Source of the DNA: an uncultured bacterium
GTDB taxonomy: Bacteria; Fidelibacterota; Marinisomatia; Marinisomatales; JACNKV01
Length of the DNA stretch: 64,000 nt
Assembly: GCA_964422145.1 (NCBI GenBank)
Contig: CAYQZV010000002.1
Span: 150,817 to 214,816, forward strand
Reading direction: 5' to 3'
The position numbers and the translations under genes are program-made. Below are positions 54,021 to 63,481 of this stretch, in pieces; within the stretch, counting starts at the first letter, position 1; the number at the start of each line of letters is the position of its first letter. The notes under the pieces are model-generated. The model had not been told where the DNA came from. It saw only the letters and a program-made list of their open reading frames with translations, and did not search any database.

Positions 54021-54804
54021 GATTATTCTCAATGGTTAAATAGTTAATTGTTTTTTCCACAGCACTGGGATTCCCGGCCACCAAACCCGGTGTGATCAGC
54101 GTGTCTTTTTGATTATATCGGATATCCTGTCCGTTTAAATTGATCAGTACACCGCCGGCTTCGGTGATGATACAGTGCCCTGCAGCGATATCCCATTCAT
54201 TTTTCGGGCGCAGGGATGCAAAAATATCCGCTTTCCCTGCGGCCGTCAGTCCCAGCTTATACGCAACACTTCCGACCGGTCGTAATTCCTTAAATTGATC
54301 TGTATGCCTATCCCAGAGGCCTCGTCTCGTTTCACTGCGACTGTTCAGGATGATCATTCTTTTTGTCTGTTGTTCCTCGGAGCACCATATTTTTTTGTCA
54401 TTTAAAAAAGCGCCTTGTCCCTTTTCGGCATAAAAAAGTTCTTTTGTAACGGGATTGTATAATACCCCCATAACCGGTGTGTGGTCTTTTACAAGTGCAA
54501 TGCTGACAACAAAATTGGGGATGCCTTCAATAAATTCTTTTGTCCCGTCTAATGGATCAACGATCCACACATATTCTTTATCCAATCGATCCGGTGAATC
54601 GGTTGTCTCTTCTGAAAACCATCCATAATCAGGGCAGGCTTTCGTCAAATTTTCTATCAAAGATTCATTGGCTTTAAAATCGGCTGTTGTGACAGGATTA
54701 TGATAACTCTTATCACGAACATCATAATCTGTTTTATAGTAAGATAAGATGATATCTCCAGCTTTTTTTGCAGCGTTCACCGCCAAATTTAAGTGCCTAT
54801 TCAT
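54013..54804 (-). CDS. inositol monophosphatase family protein (CysQ/SuhB-like)
   Basis: The start is moved to MNRHLNLAVNAAKKAG. Motifs WIVDPLDGTKEF and WDIAAG. Confidence 0.85.
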   Translation of the reverse strand: MNRHLNLAVNAAKKAGDIILSYYKTDYDVRDKSYHNPVTTADFKANESLIENLTKACPDYGWFSEETTDSPDRLDKEYVWIVDPLDGTKEFIEGIPNFVVSIALVKDHTPVMGVLYNPVTKELFYAEKGQGAFLNDKKIWCSEEQQTKRMIILNSRSETRRGLWDRHTDQFKELRPVGSVAYKLGLTAAGKADIFASLRPKNEWDIAAGHCIITEAGGVLINLNGQDIRYNQKDTLITPGLVAGNPSAVEKTINYLTIENNHE

Positions 54805-55153
54805 GAGGGCAAAGTTACACGTTGAAATCGAAATATTAAAACGTGAAAATAATAAGATAATAATTCTTTGAAGGCTCAAGAATATTCTCTTACTTTCTTT
54901 TACGATGAAAAGGGCTTGAAGGCTCAATTTGACCGCGTTAAGCGTTTTATTAGGAAAATATTATTAATCCTTTGAAGATTTTGAGACCACAGATGTCTCA
55001 CATTTTATACCCCTCCTTCCTGACCTTCTCATCAAACAAGTTGTACGCATAAGACCCTGTTCGGATTACTCGCCGTGAAATGATCAGCAGAACTATGCGG
55101 CGGTATCACATTTGTTCGTGATACTGAATAATTTCTAATGTGGAAGATGAGAG

Positions 55154-56701
55154 ATGAAAAAAGAAATTTATATTAATGAAAGTATGGGAGAATCCAGAAT
55201 TGCGATTCTCGAAGACGACAAGCTGGTTGAGGTATATGTCGAAAAGCAGGGTCAGCATCGTATGGTGGGAAACATTTATAACGGTAAAGTTGAAAATGTC
55301 ATTCCGGGGATGCAGGCTGCCTTTGTCGATATTGGATATGAAATCAATGCATTCCTTCCTTTCTCCGAGATTCAAAACGCGAATTACCTCTTAGAAGAGA
55401 ACGAGGAATTCAACGACAATAAACAAACTAACGGAAAAAATCATAAAGATTCCGGTAATATTAGTGTTGATCTTCACACCGGGCAAGAGATCTATGTTCA
55501 AATTATTAAGGAACCGTTTGCAAGCAAAGGTCCGCGTGTCACCACAGAAGTTGCCATCCCGGGTAGACTGCTTGTACTTGTTCCCGGCGCAAATTACATT
55601 GGGATATCCAAGAAAATCTGGGATAAATACGAACGCCGCAGACTGAAGAAAATTGCCACATCCCTGCGCGGTAAAGGAATGGGATTGATCATTCGTACCG
55701 TTGCCGAAGGAAAAAGCGAAGAGACCATCCGGAATGATTATGATATGATCATTAATCACTGGAACCGTTTGGAGAAAAAAGCGAAGAAACATAAAGCCCC
55801 GACGCTGCTTTATGAAGACCTTGAAACAGCCTCCAGTATTATCCGAGATCTATTAACAGCCGACGTCAGCAAGATCATTATTGACTCCAAAAGTTTATTT
55901 AAAAAACTTCAGAATTATTTGAGTGATGTCAGTCCGAATCTGACGAACCGTTTGGAACGGTACAGTATTAAATCTCCTATTTTCGAGAGCATGGGGATTG
56001 AGACCGAAATCGAAAAGTTGATGCGCCCAAAAGTTTGGCTGAAAAGCGGAGCTTACCTTATCATTGAAAAAACTGAAGCGATGGTAGTCGTGGATGTGAA
56101 CAGCGGACGGTTTATCGGGAAGAAGCAGCACGAAACGAACTCATTAAAGATCAATCTTGAAGCAGCCAGAGAAGTTGCGCGTCAGCTTCGGCTCAGGGAT
56201 TTATCGGGATTAATTGTGATCGATTTCATTGATATGCGCGAAGATGACAATAAACGCAAGGTATATTATGAACTTCGCAAGGAGTTGAAAAAAGACCGGG
56301 CTAAAGTTGCCGTGTCGCCCATTTCAGATTTTGGTTTGTTGGAGATGACCCGCCAGCGAATCCGTTTGAGCCTGGTGGATTCGATGAGTGAGGAATGTCC
56401 GGTTTGCCACGGGTCAGGACATATCATTTCAAAGGATACATTGATCACACGAATCGATCATTGGCTCCGTCGGTATAAAACAAAATACAGAAATATTCGA
56501 TTAAAACTGTTGGTTCACCCGGAGAACTCCGACTACATTCACAGTCATAAGAAAAAAATTCTGCGGGGATTGATGTGGCAAAATCTTGTCCACATTAAAA
56601 TTGTTCCTGATCCCGAAATTGCGTTAGATGATTTTCATTTCATCCGGGTTAAAGACAATAAGGATATTACCGACAAACTATATCTTGATAAACAACATTA
56701 A
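55154..56701 (+). CDS. rng: ribonuclease E/G family protein
   Basis: S1 domain GNIYNGKVENVIPGMQAAFVDIG, catalytic region VVDVNSG, and Zn-link CPVCHGSG. Confidence 0.9.
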   Translation: MKKEIYINESMGESRIAILEDDKLVEVYVEKQGQHRMVGNIYNGKVENVIPGMQAAFVDIGYEINAFLPFSEIQNANYLLEENEEFNDNKQTNGKNHKDSGNISVDLHTGQEIYVQIIKEPFASKGPRVTTEVAIPGRLLVLVPGANYIGISKKIWDKYERRRLKKIATSLRGKGMGLIIRTVAEGKSEETIRNDYDMIINHWNRLEKKAKKHKAPTLLYEDLETASSIIRDLLTADVSKIIIDSKSLFKKLQNYLSDVSPNLTNRLERYSIKSPIFESMGIETEIEKLMRPKVWLKSGAYLIIEKTEAMVVVDVNSGRFIGKKQHETNSLKINLEAAREVARQLRLRDLSGLIVIDFIDMREDDNKRKVYYELRKELKKDRAKVAVSPISDFGLLEMTRQRIRLSLVDSMSEECPVCHGSGHIISKDTLITRIDHWLRRYKTKYRNIRLKLLVHPENSDYIHSHKKKILRGLMWQNLVHIKIVPDPEIALDDFHFIRVKDNKDITDKLYLDKQH

Positions 56702-56741
56702 TGCGTGTAATTTTCTAGGCTATTCTGGAGGAATAAAATAA

Positions 56742-57125
56742 ATGTACGTTATTGTAAACATAGCAGGAAAACAATATAATGTCTCAGAAGGACAGAACGT
56801 CCGCGTGGCCAGTCTCGACGCCAAAGTCGGTGATACAGTTACGTTTGATGATGTCTTATTATTGGATGACGGCAAAAACATTAAAGTTGGTAATCCAACC
56901 ATTAAAAACGCCAGTGTAAAAGCAAAAGTTGCTGAACACGGACGTCATAGCAAAGTATTAGTCTATAAGAAAAAAAGACGTAAGGGATATCAAAAGAAAA
57001 ACGGTCATCGTCAAGGGTATACACTGTTAACCGTTGACAAAATCGCTACATCGGCTCCCAAGAAGAAAGCTGTTGCCAAACCAACCGCAAGCAAAAGCAC
57101 AAATAAAAAAGCAGGAGATAAATAA
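56742..57125 (+). CDS. rplU: 50S ribosomal protein L21 with Lys/Ala-rich C-terminal tail
   Basis: [18 protein letters not shown]... is the canonical L21 sequence. There are about 25 extra basic residues at the C-terminus. Confidence 0.95.
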   Translation: MYVIVNIAGKQYNVSEGQNVRVASLDAKVGDTVTFDDVLLLDDGKNIKVGNPTIKNASVKAKVAEHGRHSKVLVYKKKRRKGYQKKNGHRQGYTLLTVDKIATSAPKKKAVAKPTASKSTNKKAGDK

Positions 57126-57126
57126 T

Positions 57127-57381
57127 ATGGCACATAAGAAAGGTCAGGGAAGTTCCCGAAATGGTCGCGACTCTAATTCCAAAAGACTTGGCGTCAAAGT
57201 TTCTGACGGTCAATCTATCTTAGCCGGCGGTATTATTATCAAACAGCGCGGGACGAAAGTTCTCCCCGGTGAAAATGTAAAACGCAGCAGTGATGACACC
57301 TTGTTTGCTACTGCAGACGGTGTCGTCAAATTCGGACGAAAAGGACGTGATCGAAAAATCGTCAGTGTGGTTTCGGCCTAA
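57127..57381 (+). CDS. rpmA: 50S ribosomal protein L27
   Basis: [24 protein letters not shown] is the canonical N-terminus. The longer ORF from 57034 is rejected. Confidence 0.95.
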   Translation: MAHKKGQGSSRNGRDSNSKRLGVKVSDGQSILAGGIIIKQRGTKVLPGENVKRSSDDTLFATADGVVKFGRKGRDRKIVSVVSA

Positions 57382-57401
57382 CACCGGTAAATAAAATGTT
57401 T

Positions 57402-57430
57402 AAAACCCCGTTAAGAAACGGGGTTTTTTA
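57402..57430 (+). terminator. intrinsic terminator after rpmA
   Basis: CCCCGTT-AAGA-AACGGGG followed by TTTTTT. Confidence 0.9.
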
Positions 57431-57536
57431 TTTCCTATATATCTAGTAGTTTCTGTTATATCACGATAATTGATCATCAAGCGTTTTCCTCCTTGAGTAT
57501 GCAAACCAATTTGATGACAACCTTTTTTCATCACGG

Positions 57537-58118
57537 GTGTCTAACTTTATGAAACCAGTCGATATTGTGAACGACAGAATAAAACAACTCATTCTTTTGG
57601 CGCAAAATGGAGACACAGAAGCGTTCCATGAACTGGTCATATTACACGATGAAAAAATTATGACACTTGCATACCAACTAACTCAAAACACTCAAGACGC
57701 GGAAGACCTTTATCAGGATGTATTTCTGAAAGCTTACCGCAAAATAAAAACATACAAATTTAAAAGCCGTTTTTATACGTGGCTATATCGGATCACTGTT
57801 AATACCGCTATTAATACCGGCCGAAAATCCTCAAATCTTCCCATTGATGATGAAAGCCGACTTGAAAAACATCAATCTACTGAATGGTATGCAGACAAAG
57901 ACAACCTTCCTTCTGAAGATATCATGAACGACATCACAAAAGCTGTAAATACGTTACCCGCAAAACAAAAGACCGTTTTTGTGTTAAAACATTTCCAAGG
58001 ATTAAAGATCAGAGAAATATCCAATATTATCGGCAGTACCGAAGGAACCGTCAAAAAATATTTATTCCGCGCCGCGGGAACACTCAGAACGTCTTTAAAA
58101 GGACTGAACCATGTCTGA
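57537..58118 (+). CDS. ECF (sigma-70 family group 4) sigma factor
   Basis: Region 2 DLYQDVFLKAYR...YTWLYRITVN. Region 4 LKIREISNIIGSTEGTVKKYLFRA. GTG start, or ATG at 57549. Confidence 0.9.
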   Translation: MSNFMKPVDIVNDRIKQLILLAQNGDTEAFHELVILHDEKIMTLAYQLTQNTQDAEDLYQDVFLKAYRKIKTYKFKSRFYTWLYRITVNTAINTGRKSSNLPIDDESRLEKHQSTEWYADKDNLPSEDIMNDITKAVNTLPAKQKTVFVLKHFQGLKIREISNIIGSTEGTVKKYLFRAAGTLRTSLKGLNHV

Positions 58119-59097
58119 TAAACTATCAAACACATTAAAAGAACAAGCCATTCTCTATGCATTAAATGAACTGGAAGATGCACAAGTCTCTTCATTCCAG
58201 CGCCAAATGGATCAGAATCCGAGGTTGTTAAACTATGTTGAAGAGATCAAAGCAACGTTTTCGTTAACTTCTCCTCTGGCTGAAATCAAACCCACAGAAG
58301 AACTTCTGCAGGGCCAACGGAATATTCTACGTAGTCAAATCGAGAAGATCAATCAGGCAGAAGCTTCCTGGTATGCTCAACCCTTAAAATTGATTCAGAC
58401 GGTGTTTTCTTCGCTAAACAGTTATCGACAGCCTGCGTGGGCTATTGCTGCCTACATGGCCCTTGCTTTCTTTATCGGAAGTTACTTTTCTACAAATACG
58501 ATACAACAACCCGAACTCACTCCCACAAATTATCCTACTGTTCAAGAATTAATCCAATCCGGAGCAATTCACACTGCTGATATTCATATCGGTAAGAACG
58601 ATGATCCGGTTCAATTTGCTTTACAGGCAAGTAATGAAGTCAATATAGCTGGAAATGTGGAGGATAAGTTGATTCGTGACTTATTATTTTATCTGTTGCT
58701 GAATGACAACAATCCCGGGAACAGACTTAAAGCCGTAAAATTAATGGAGCAAATTGAACCCGTAAACGAATCTATGATGGTCATTTTATCTTCTGCCCTT
58801 ACCGATCCAAATCCGGGTGTTCGATTAAAATCCGTACGGCTTCTTCATCAATTTAACACCAATCCTACGATGGTCGATGCTTGTTTGAAAATTTTATTGG
58901 AAGAGAAGAATGAAGCAATCAGAATGGAAGCGTTATCTATATTGTCTTCTTCTCCGTCTCAAGAGATTGTCTCTACGCTGCGTGTTGTCAGTCTTGTCGA
59001 TGAAAATGACTATATCCGCGAACAAACGGCTCGTGTTCTTGCTGATATGAACGAAATGTATCCATCCGAAAGCATTAAATCCATTCAGGAAAATTAA
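58111..59097 (+). CDS. putative anti-sigma factor with one TM helix and HEAT-like repeats
   Basis: Overlaps the sigma gene by 8 nt. TM helix WAIAAYMALAFFIGSYF. Repeated NRLKAVKLM / GVRLKSVRLL / IRMEALSIL helices. Confidence 0.55.
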   Translation: MSDKLSNTLKEQAILYALNELEDAQVSSFQRQMDQNPRLLNYVEEIKATFSLTSPLAEIKPTEELLQGQRNILRSQIEKINQAEASWYAQPLKLIQTVFSSLNSYRQPAWAIAAYMALAFFIGSYFSTNTIQQPELTPTNYPTVQELIQSGAIHTADIHIGKNDDPVQFALQASNEVNIAGNVEDKLIRDLLFYLLLNDNNPGNRLKAVKLMEQIEPVNESMMVILSSALTDPNPGVRLKSVRLLHQFNTNPTMVDACLKILLEEKNEAIRMEALSILSSSPSQEIVSTLRVVSLVDENDYIREQTARVLADMNEMYPSESIKSIQEN

Positions 59098-59109
59098 GGA
59101 TCCAACACT

Positions 59110-60378
59110 ATGAACCTCACAATGAACAAACAAAAAATAATGTTAAATACGGTTTCTTTCATTTTGATTGTTTTCAATATTTTACCCGCACAAAAAATAT
59201 TTGAAACATTTGATCATGATCGTAAACATAAGTATTCTTTAAATACCACATATGAATTTGACATCAATGCGGCAAAACCAGTTTATCTTGTTATGGAAAA
59301 TGTCCAGGGAGATATTTATATCCAAGGGACAAACAGTATGACCGTGCAAATTGAAGAAAAGGTCAGCATCAAATCACGATCTATGAAAAAAGCTGAAAGT
59401 ATCTTTAAAGAGTATCGGGCCCGTGTAGATCACCATTCGGATGATAATGCCGTTAAGGTCATTGGAAAAGGCAATTGGATACCTAGAATGACATACTCTT
59501 ATATCGTGAACGTGCCTACTAATGTAAGTATTATAGCCTATACAAGCGGCGGGGATATCGAACTTTCTTTACTGACAGGAGAAATGGATATTCAAACTAG
59601 CGGCGGGGACATCGAATTGAAACATATTGAAGGAAAACTAACCGGGAAAACTTCCGGTGGCGATATTGAACTGAGTCATAATATCGGCAATGTTTATCTC
59701 GCAACTTCCGGTGGCGACATCGAAGTGAAGAATGCAGAAGGAAAACTAAACCTACACACTTCCGGCGGGGATATCGAAGTTTCTGATACACGCGGGAATG
59801 TCGATGTCTCAACCAGTGGCGGGGATATCAGTTTAGATAATATCTCCGGGGAGAAAATTGACGGCCGCACGTCCGGAGGAAGCATTGAAGCAAATGACAT
59901 TACAGGCGATTTAGTCATGATCACCTCGGGTGGAGATCTTATTGCAGAAGATATCCGAGGAACAATACGGGGAAATACTTCCGGTGGAGATATCAATTTA
60001 GATAATGTCTCCGGATATATTCAGGCCACAACCAGTGCCGGGACTATCCACTGTGAGCGGATTCAAAGCGGAATTTCAGCCACAACTTCATCCGGTGACA
60101 TCTCTATAGAAAAAACAAGAAGTGGACCGGATGAAGACCAGTCGATCAACTTAAATACTTCTTACGGCGATATCTATCTGTCACTTCCTGAAGATATTTC
60201 GGCTACCATCGATGCCCTCGTGAAACAAAGCAACAGCCAATACGCCATTGGCACGGAGTTCCCTTTGTCTGTCACGGTTGAATCGGGTGATGTAGAAGCC
60301 TACGGTAAACTGAAAGAAGGAAAACATTCTATTAAACTGCGAAACTCACATGGTCAAATAACCATTGAAAGGAATTAA
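59110..60378 (+). CDS. DUF4097-type beta-helical (putative adhesin) protein
   Basis: Signal peptide, and 11-12 tandem 18-aa TSGGDIE-type repeats. Confidence 0.75.
   Translation: MNLTMNKQKIMLNTVSFILIVFNILPAQKIFETFDHDRKHKYSLNTTYEFDINAAKPVYLVMENVQGDIYIQGTNSMTVQIEEKVSIKSRSMKKAESIFKEYRARVDHHSDDNAVKVIGKGNWIPRMTYSYIVNVPTNVSIIAYTSGGDIELSLLTGEMDIQTSGGDIELKHIEGKLTGKTSGGDIELSHNIGNVYLATSGGDIEVKNAEGKLNLHTSGGDIEVSDTRGNVDVSTSGGDISLDNISGEKIDGRTSGGSIEANDITGDLVMITSGGDLIAEDIRGTIRGNTSGGDINLDNVSGYIQATTSAGTIHCERIQSGISATTSSGDISIEKTRSGPDEDQSINLNTSYGDIYLSLPEDISATIDALVKQSNSQYAIGTEFPLSVTVESGDVEAYGKLKEGKHSIKLRNSHGQITIERN
59542..60186 (+). repeat. in-frame tandem 54-nt (18-aa) coding repeats TSGGDIExxxxxGxxxxx
   Basis: Repeats were counted directly: TSGGDIELSLLTGEMDIQ, TSGGDIELKHIEGKLTGK, TSGGDIELSHNIGNVYLA, and so on. 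Confidence 0.9.
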
Positions 60379-60382
60379 TCTT

Positions 60383-61831
60383 ATGAAATTTGTGCATACC
60401 ATTTTTATTATTTTATTACCGGTTTTTATTCTCGCTTCGAATACAACTTTGACTCCGCCGGTATCCGATGAAATTCGCCTATTTAATGATTACACGGTGG
60501 ATACTACTGATGTCATTCATGAAAATATTCGTCTCGCAGGCGGAGATCTTACCGTCAACGGTACTGTCAAAGGACGAATAACCGTTTACGGAGGAGCGAT
60601 TTATATCAATTCAACTGCCGTTGTTGACGGAGAAATAATTGCTATCGGCGGTACAGTTCACGAAGATCCGGATGCTCTTATCAATGGAAAAGTGATTGAA
60701 GCGAATTTAAAAGAAGGTATTGTGTATCGAGATAAGAGTGATGAAGATACATCTATTGACGGCGATTCAAAACTACATCTCGATGAATGCTGCTCGCCGG
60801 ACAGTTGGATCCATCCGGAAAAAGATCCATTTGTCTACAACCGAAACGAAGGATTAGTTCTTTCATTTAATTCATCATGGGATCGACACGGCAAATCCAG
60901 TTTAAGATTAAATGTAACCGGAGGATGGCGTTTCGAACAGAAAACCTATGCCGGAAGAATCACTCTAGAACAGTCGATTTTCCCAAACAAAAATTTGATC
61001 ATCTTCGGAAGCGGATTCCGCGAAACAAATTCTGATGACACCTGGCGAATGAAAGACTGGGAGAATTCTGTTGCGACAATCCTTGCCAAACAAGATTTTC
61101 TTGATCGTTGGGATGAAACAGGATACGAATACGGAATCGGAGCCGATTTAAGATGGTTCAAACTTCTTGCGACTCGTGTCTCTGTAAAACAAGAGGAGAT
61201 CCCTGTCGCATCAGTTTGGTCGTTGTTTCATAAAGAACGACTTCTGCGCCCAAACATGATTCATGATACTTACCATCAAGAGCTGTATCGCGGAGTTCTT
61301 GCATTTAAACCCATTGAATTTGACTATTTTGATTCCGGATTAGCCTTTTTTGTCAAAGGAGAACAAGCCGTTGATAATACATATGCCCGATACTGGGGAT
61401 TATTAAAAACACAACTTCGGGTGCATGAAGATTATGTCATTCGGACACGTGTCATGGCCGGAACTTCCACAGGAGAACTTCCAGACTTTCGTCAGTTCGG
61501 TGTTGGCGGAATGGGATCCGTTGCGGCTCACCCATACAAAGAACAGATTGGAAATCAATTTACGCAGGTGAATCTTGAGCTTTCATTTACTCCCGAATTT
61601 TTTGATGATGATTTCTCACTGGTCTTGTTCGCAGATGCCGGGAATGCATGGAACCGAGATGATTATGATTTTTCGAGTACTGACAAAATAATTGAAAACA
61701 GTATTACCTCTGCAGGAATTGGAGTATCCTTCTTCGATGATGAAGACCTAGTCCCTCGAGTAAATTTTGCCAGGTCGTTAAGCGCAGACAGCCCCTGGGA
61801 AACTACGATCAGACTTGATCTCAACTTTTAA
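60383..61831 (+). CDS. outer-membrane protein: bactofilin-like beta-helix N-domain plus Omp85/surface-antigen-like barrel
   Basis: The start is moved to MKFVHTIFIILLPVFILA. GGDLTVNGTVKGRITVYGGAIYINSTAVVDGEIIAIGG repeats. C-terminal FGVGGMGSV...LFADAGNAW...RLDLNF. Confidence 0.45.
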   Translation: MKFVHTIFIILLPVFILASNTTLTPPVSDEIRLFNDYTVDTTDVIHENIRLAGGDLTVNGTVKGRITVYGGAIYINSTAVVDGEIIAIGGTVHEDPDALINGKVIEANLKEGIVYRDKSDEDTSIDGDSKLHLDECCSPDSWIHPEKDPFVYNRNEGLVLSFNSSWDRHGKSSLRLNVTGGWRFEQKTYAGRITLEQSIFPNKNLIIFGSGFRETNSDDTWRMKDWENSVATILAKQDFLDRWDETGYEYGIGADLRWFKLLATRVSVKQEEIPVASVWSLFHKERLLRPNMIHDTYHQELYRGVLAFKPIEFDYFDSGLAFFVKGEQAVDNTYARYWGLLKTQLRVHEDYVIRTRVMAGTSTGELPDFRQFGVGGMGSVAAHPYKEQIGNQFTQVNLELSFTPEFFDDDFSLVLFADAGNAWNRDDYDFSSTDKIIENSITSAGIGVSFFDDEDLVPRVNFARSLSADSPWETTIRLDLNF

Positions 61832-61876
61832 ACTTAATTAGCAGCCCCGCCCATAAAATGGAAAGGATAATATCCC

Positions 61877-62773
61877 ATGAATATTAAAACTGTACTTATC
61901 GCTGTTCTGCTTATGATCGGGCTTGCGATGGCGGACAATCAAGATGAAATGAAGACCGAAACGTATCACTTCTCCACGTATCAAATTGAGCATTTGGATG
62001 CATATTTTTCCTTTGGACTTGGTGATTTTTACATAGAGCCAAATGCAGATGAAAAATCCATCGATGCTACAGTTACGTACCATCCGGAAAAAACCATCCC
62101 GGATATTCGGTACTCTCATAATGAAAACACCGGCGTGCTAAAAGTAGATATGGATTCTTTTGATGATGATTATCGTAACGATGAAGATCGACATAAGATC
62201 GAATTTGACTTTAAGGGGAAATTTAATGATTATAATAACATATTGAATTTTCAGCTTCCCACTCTAATCACCACCGACTTAGAACTTGATTTTGGATTAG
62301 GCTCTGCAAGTTTAAATCTGACTGATATTGACCTCTCTCACCTCGATATTGATTGCGGTTTGAGTGATGTGTTTATTGAGGTCAACAAACCTAATCCCGT
62401 TGTCTGTTCTCAAGTGAAATTAAGCGCAGGTCTTGGAGACTTGGACGTTCACAGTCTTGGGAATTTAAATGCGAAAAATTTTGATATCGAGGTTGGGCTT
62501 GGATCCGCTACTATCGATCTGCGCGGGTCTTCTTATCATGACACAGAAATAGATATTGAAATTGGCTTGGGAGATATGGATGTTACCTTACCTGAGGATG
62601 CTAATATTAAAATACGTGTTAATCACAGTTTTCTGTCCTCCGTGGAGATTCGCGATCTTGTGAAAAAGGACGAAAGAACTTGGGTGAGCACAGACTGGAA
62701 AGCTGGCCGTCAAAGTATTATAGTGAATGTCGATATCGGTTTAGGGGCTATAGATATCGACCTAAAAGACTGA
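61877..62773 (+). CDS. toast-rack (DUF2154/DUF4097-like) beta-helical protein
   Basis: Signal peptide. Repeated GLGSASLNL / GLGDLDV / GLGSATIDL / GLGDMDV / GLGAIDIDL units. Confidence 0.6.
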   Translation: MNIKTVLIAVLLMIGLAMADNQDEMKTETYHFSTYQIEHLDAYFSFGLGDFYIEPNADEKSIDATVTYHPEKTIPDIRYSHNENTGVLKVDMDSFDDDYRNDEDRHKIEFDFKGKFNDYNNILNFQLPTLITTDLELDFGLGSASLNLTDIDLSHLDIDCGLSDVFIEVNKPNPVVCSQVKLSAGLGDLDVHSLGNLNAKNFDIEVGLGSATIDLRGSSYHDTEIDIEIGLGDMDVTLPEDANIKIRVNHSFLSSVEIRDLVKKDERTWVSTDWKAGRQSIIVNVDIGLGAIDIDLKD

Positions 62774-62798
62774 GAAGGGTTTCCTTCTCAGTCTTTTC
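62769..62798. terminator. intrinsic terminator between convergent genes
   Basis: 10-bp stem ACTGAGAAGG / CCTTCTCAGT followed by CTTTTC. The stop codon lies in the stem. Confidence 0.7.
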
Positions 62799-62802
62799 TA
62801 AA

Positions 62803-63468
62803 TTATTCTTCGATCAGGGACAGAACATCTTCTACCAGTTGTTCTATTCCGGCAGCCGCTTCACTGACCTTTCCGGCTAACATGTACGCCGGTGTAGAAA
62901 CAATTTTCTTCTCTTTATCTACAACCGTTTTTTCGACCGCACATGCAACGTGGTTTGCTCCCATCGCATTAATATCGTTTGCTGTTTGCTCGTCACCCCC
63001 AATGGTCAGGTCTGCGGTGGTCCCTTGTTCCCCGATGATCTTTGCCATCATTGCAGGGGCGATACAAATGACTCCTATCGGTTTTTTCAGCAGATGCACT
63101 TCCACGGCTAAACGATAGATATCCGGGTTTACGGTACACTCAGCTCCTGTCATGGCATAATCACAAAGGTTTTTTGCCACACCAAACCCGCCCGGAAAAA
63201 TCAAGGCATCCAGATCTTTTCCTGAAACTTCAACGATGTCTTTGATATTCCCTCGCGTAATTCGAGCAGATTCGATTAATACGTTTCTGCTTTCTTCCAT
63301 CTCTTCACCGGTGATATGATTTACGACATGTAATTGATCGATATTCGGTGCCATGAAAACCATATCTGCTCCTGCGCGGTCTAGAGCTAACATCGTGATA
63401 ACAGATTCATGAATCTCCGCTCCGTCAAATACTCCGCACCCTGATAATACAACTCCGACTTTTGGCAT
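62803..63468 (-). CDS. elbB: DJ-1/PfpI-family isoprenoid biosynthesis glyoxalase ElbB
   Basis: MPKVGVVLSGCGVFDGAEIHESV...NVLIESARITRG...PGGFG.AKNL...CIAPAM...TPAYML is near-colinear with E. coli ElbB. Confidence 0.93.
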   Translation of the reverse strand: MPKVGVVLSGCGVFDGAEIHESVITMLALDRAGADMVFMAPNIDQLHVVNHITGEEMEESRNVLIESARITRGNIKDIVEVSGKDLDALIFPGGFGVAKNLCDYAMTGAECTVNPDIYRLAVEVHLLKKPIGVICIAPAMMAKIIGEQGTTADLTIGGDEQTANDINAMGANHVACAVEKTVVDKEKKIVSTPAYMLAGKVSEAAAGIEQLVEDVLSLIEE

Positions 63469-63481
63469 AATTCTCTCCTGA

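Noticed and set aside
54805-54927. 41-codon N-terminal extension of the inositol monophosphatase ORF.
   Set aside because: The extension is hydrophobic and low-complexity. The family N-terminus begins at MNRHLNLAVNAAKKAG.
55106-55375. 89-aa minus-strand ORF across the rng start.
   Set aside because: It is antisense to the S1 domain of RNase G and has no supporting motifs.
57034-57126. Upstream extension of the L27 ORF overlapping rplU.
   Set aside because: L27 begins with the canonical [10 protein letters not shown]. The extension is simply the +1 frame of the L21 tail.
59597-59996. Two minus-strand ORFs (71 and 100 aa) with repetitive SPPEV/RHRK translations.
   Set aside because: They are antisense artefacts of the tandem coding repeats.
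59542-60186. Regularly spaced repeats as a CRISPR array.
   Set aside because: The 54-nt period has no unique spacers. The repeats are in-frame coding units of a DUF4097 protein.
61838-62119. 93-aa minus-strand ORF overlapping the toast-rack gene start.
   Set aside because: It is antisense to a signal-peptide-bearing, repeat-supported gene.
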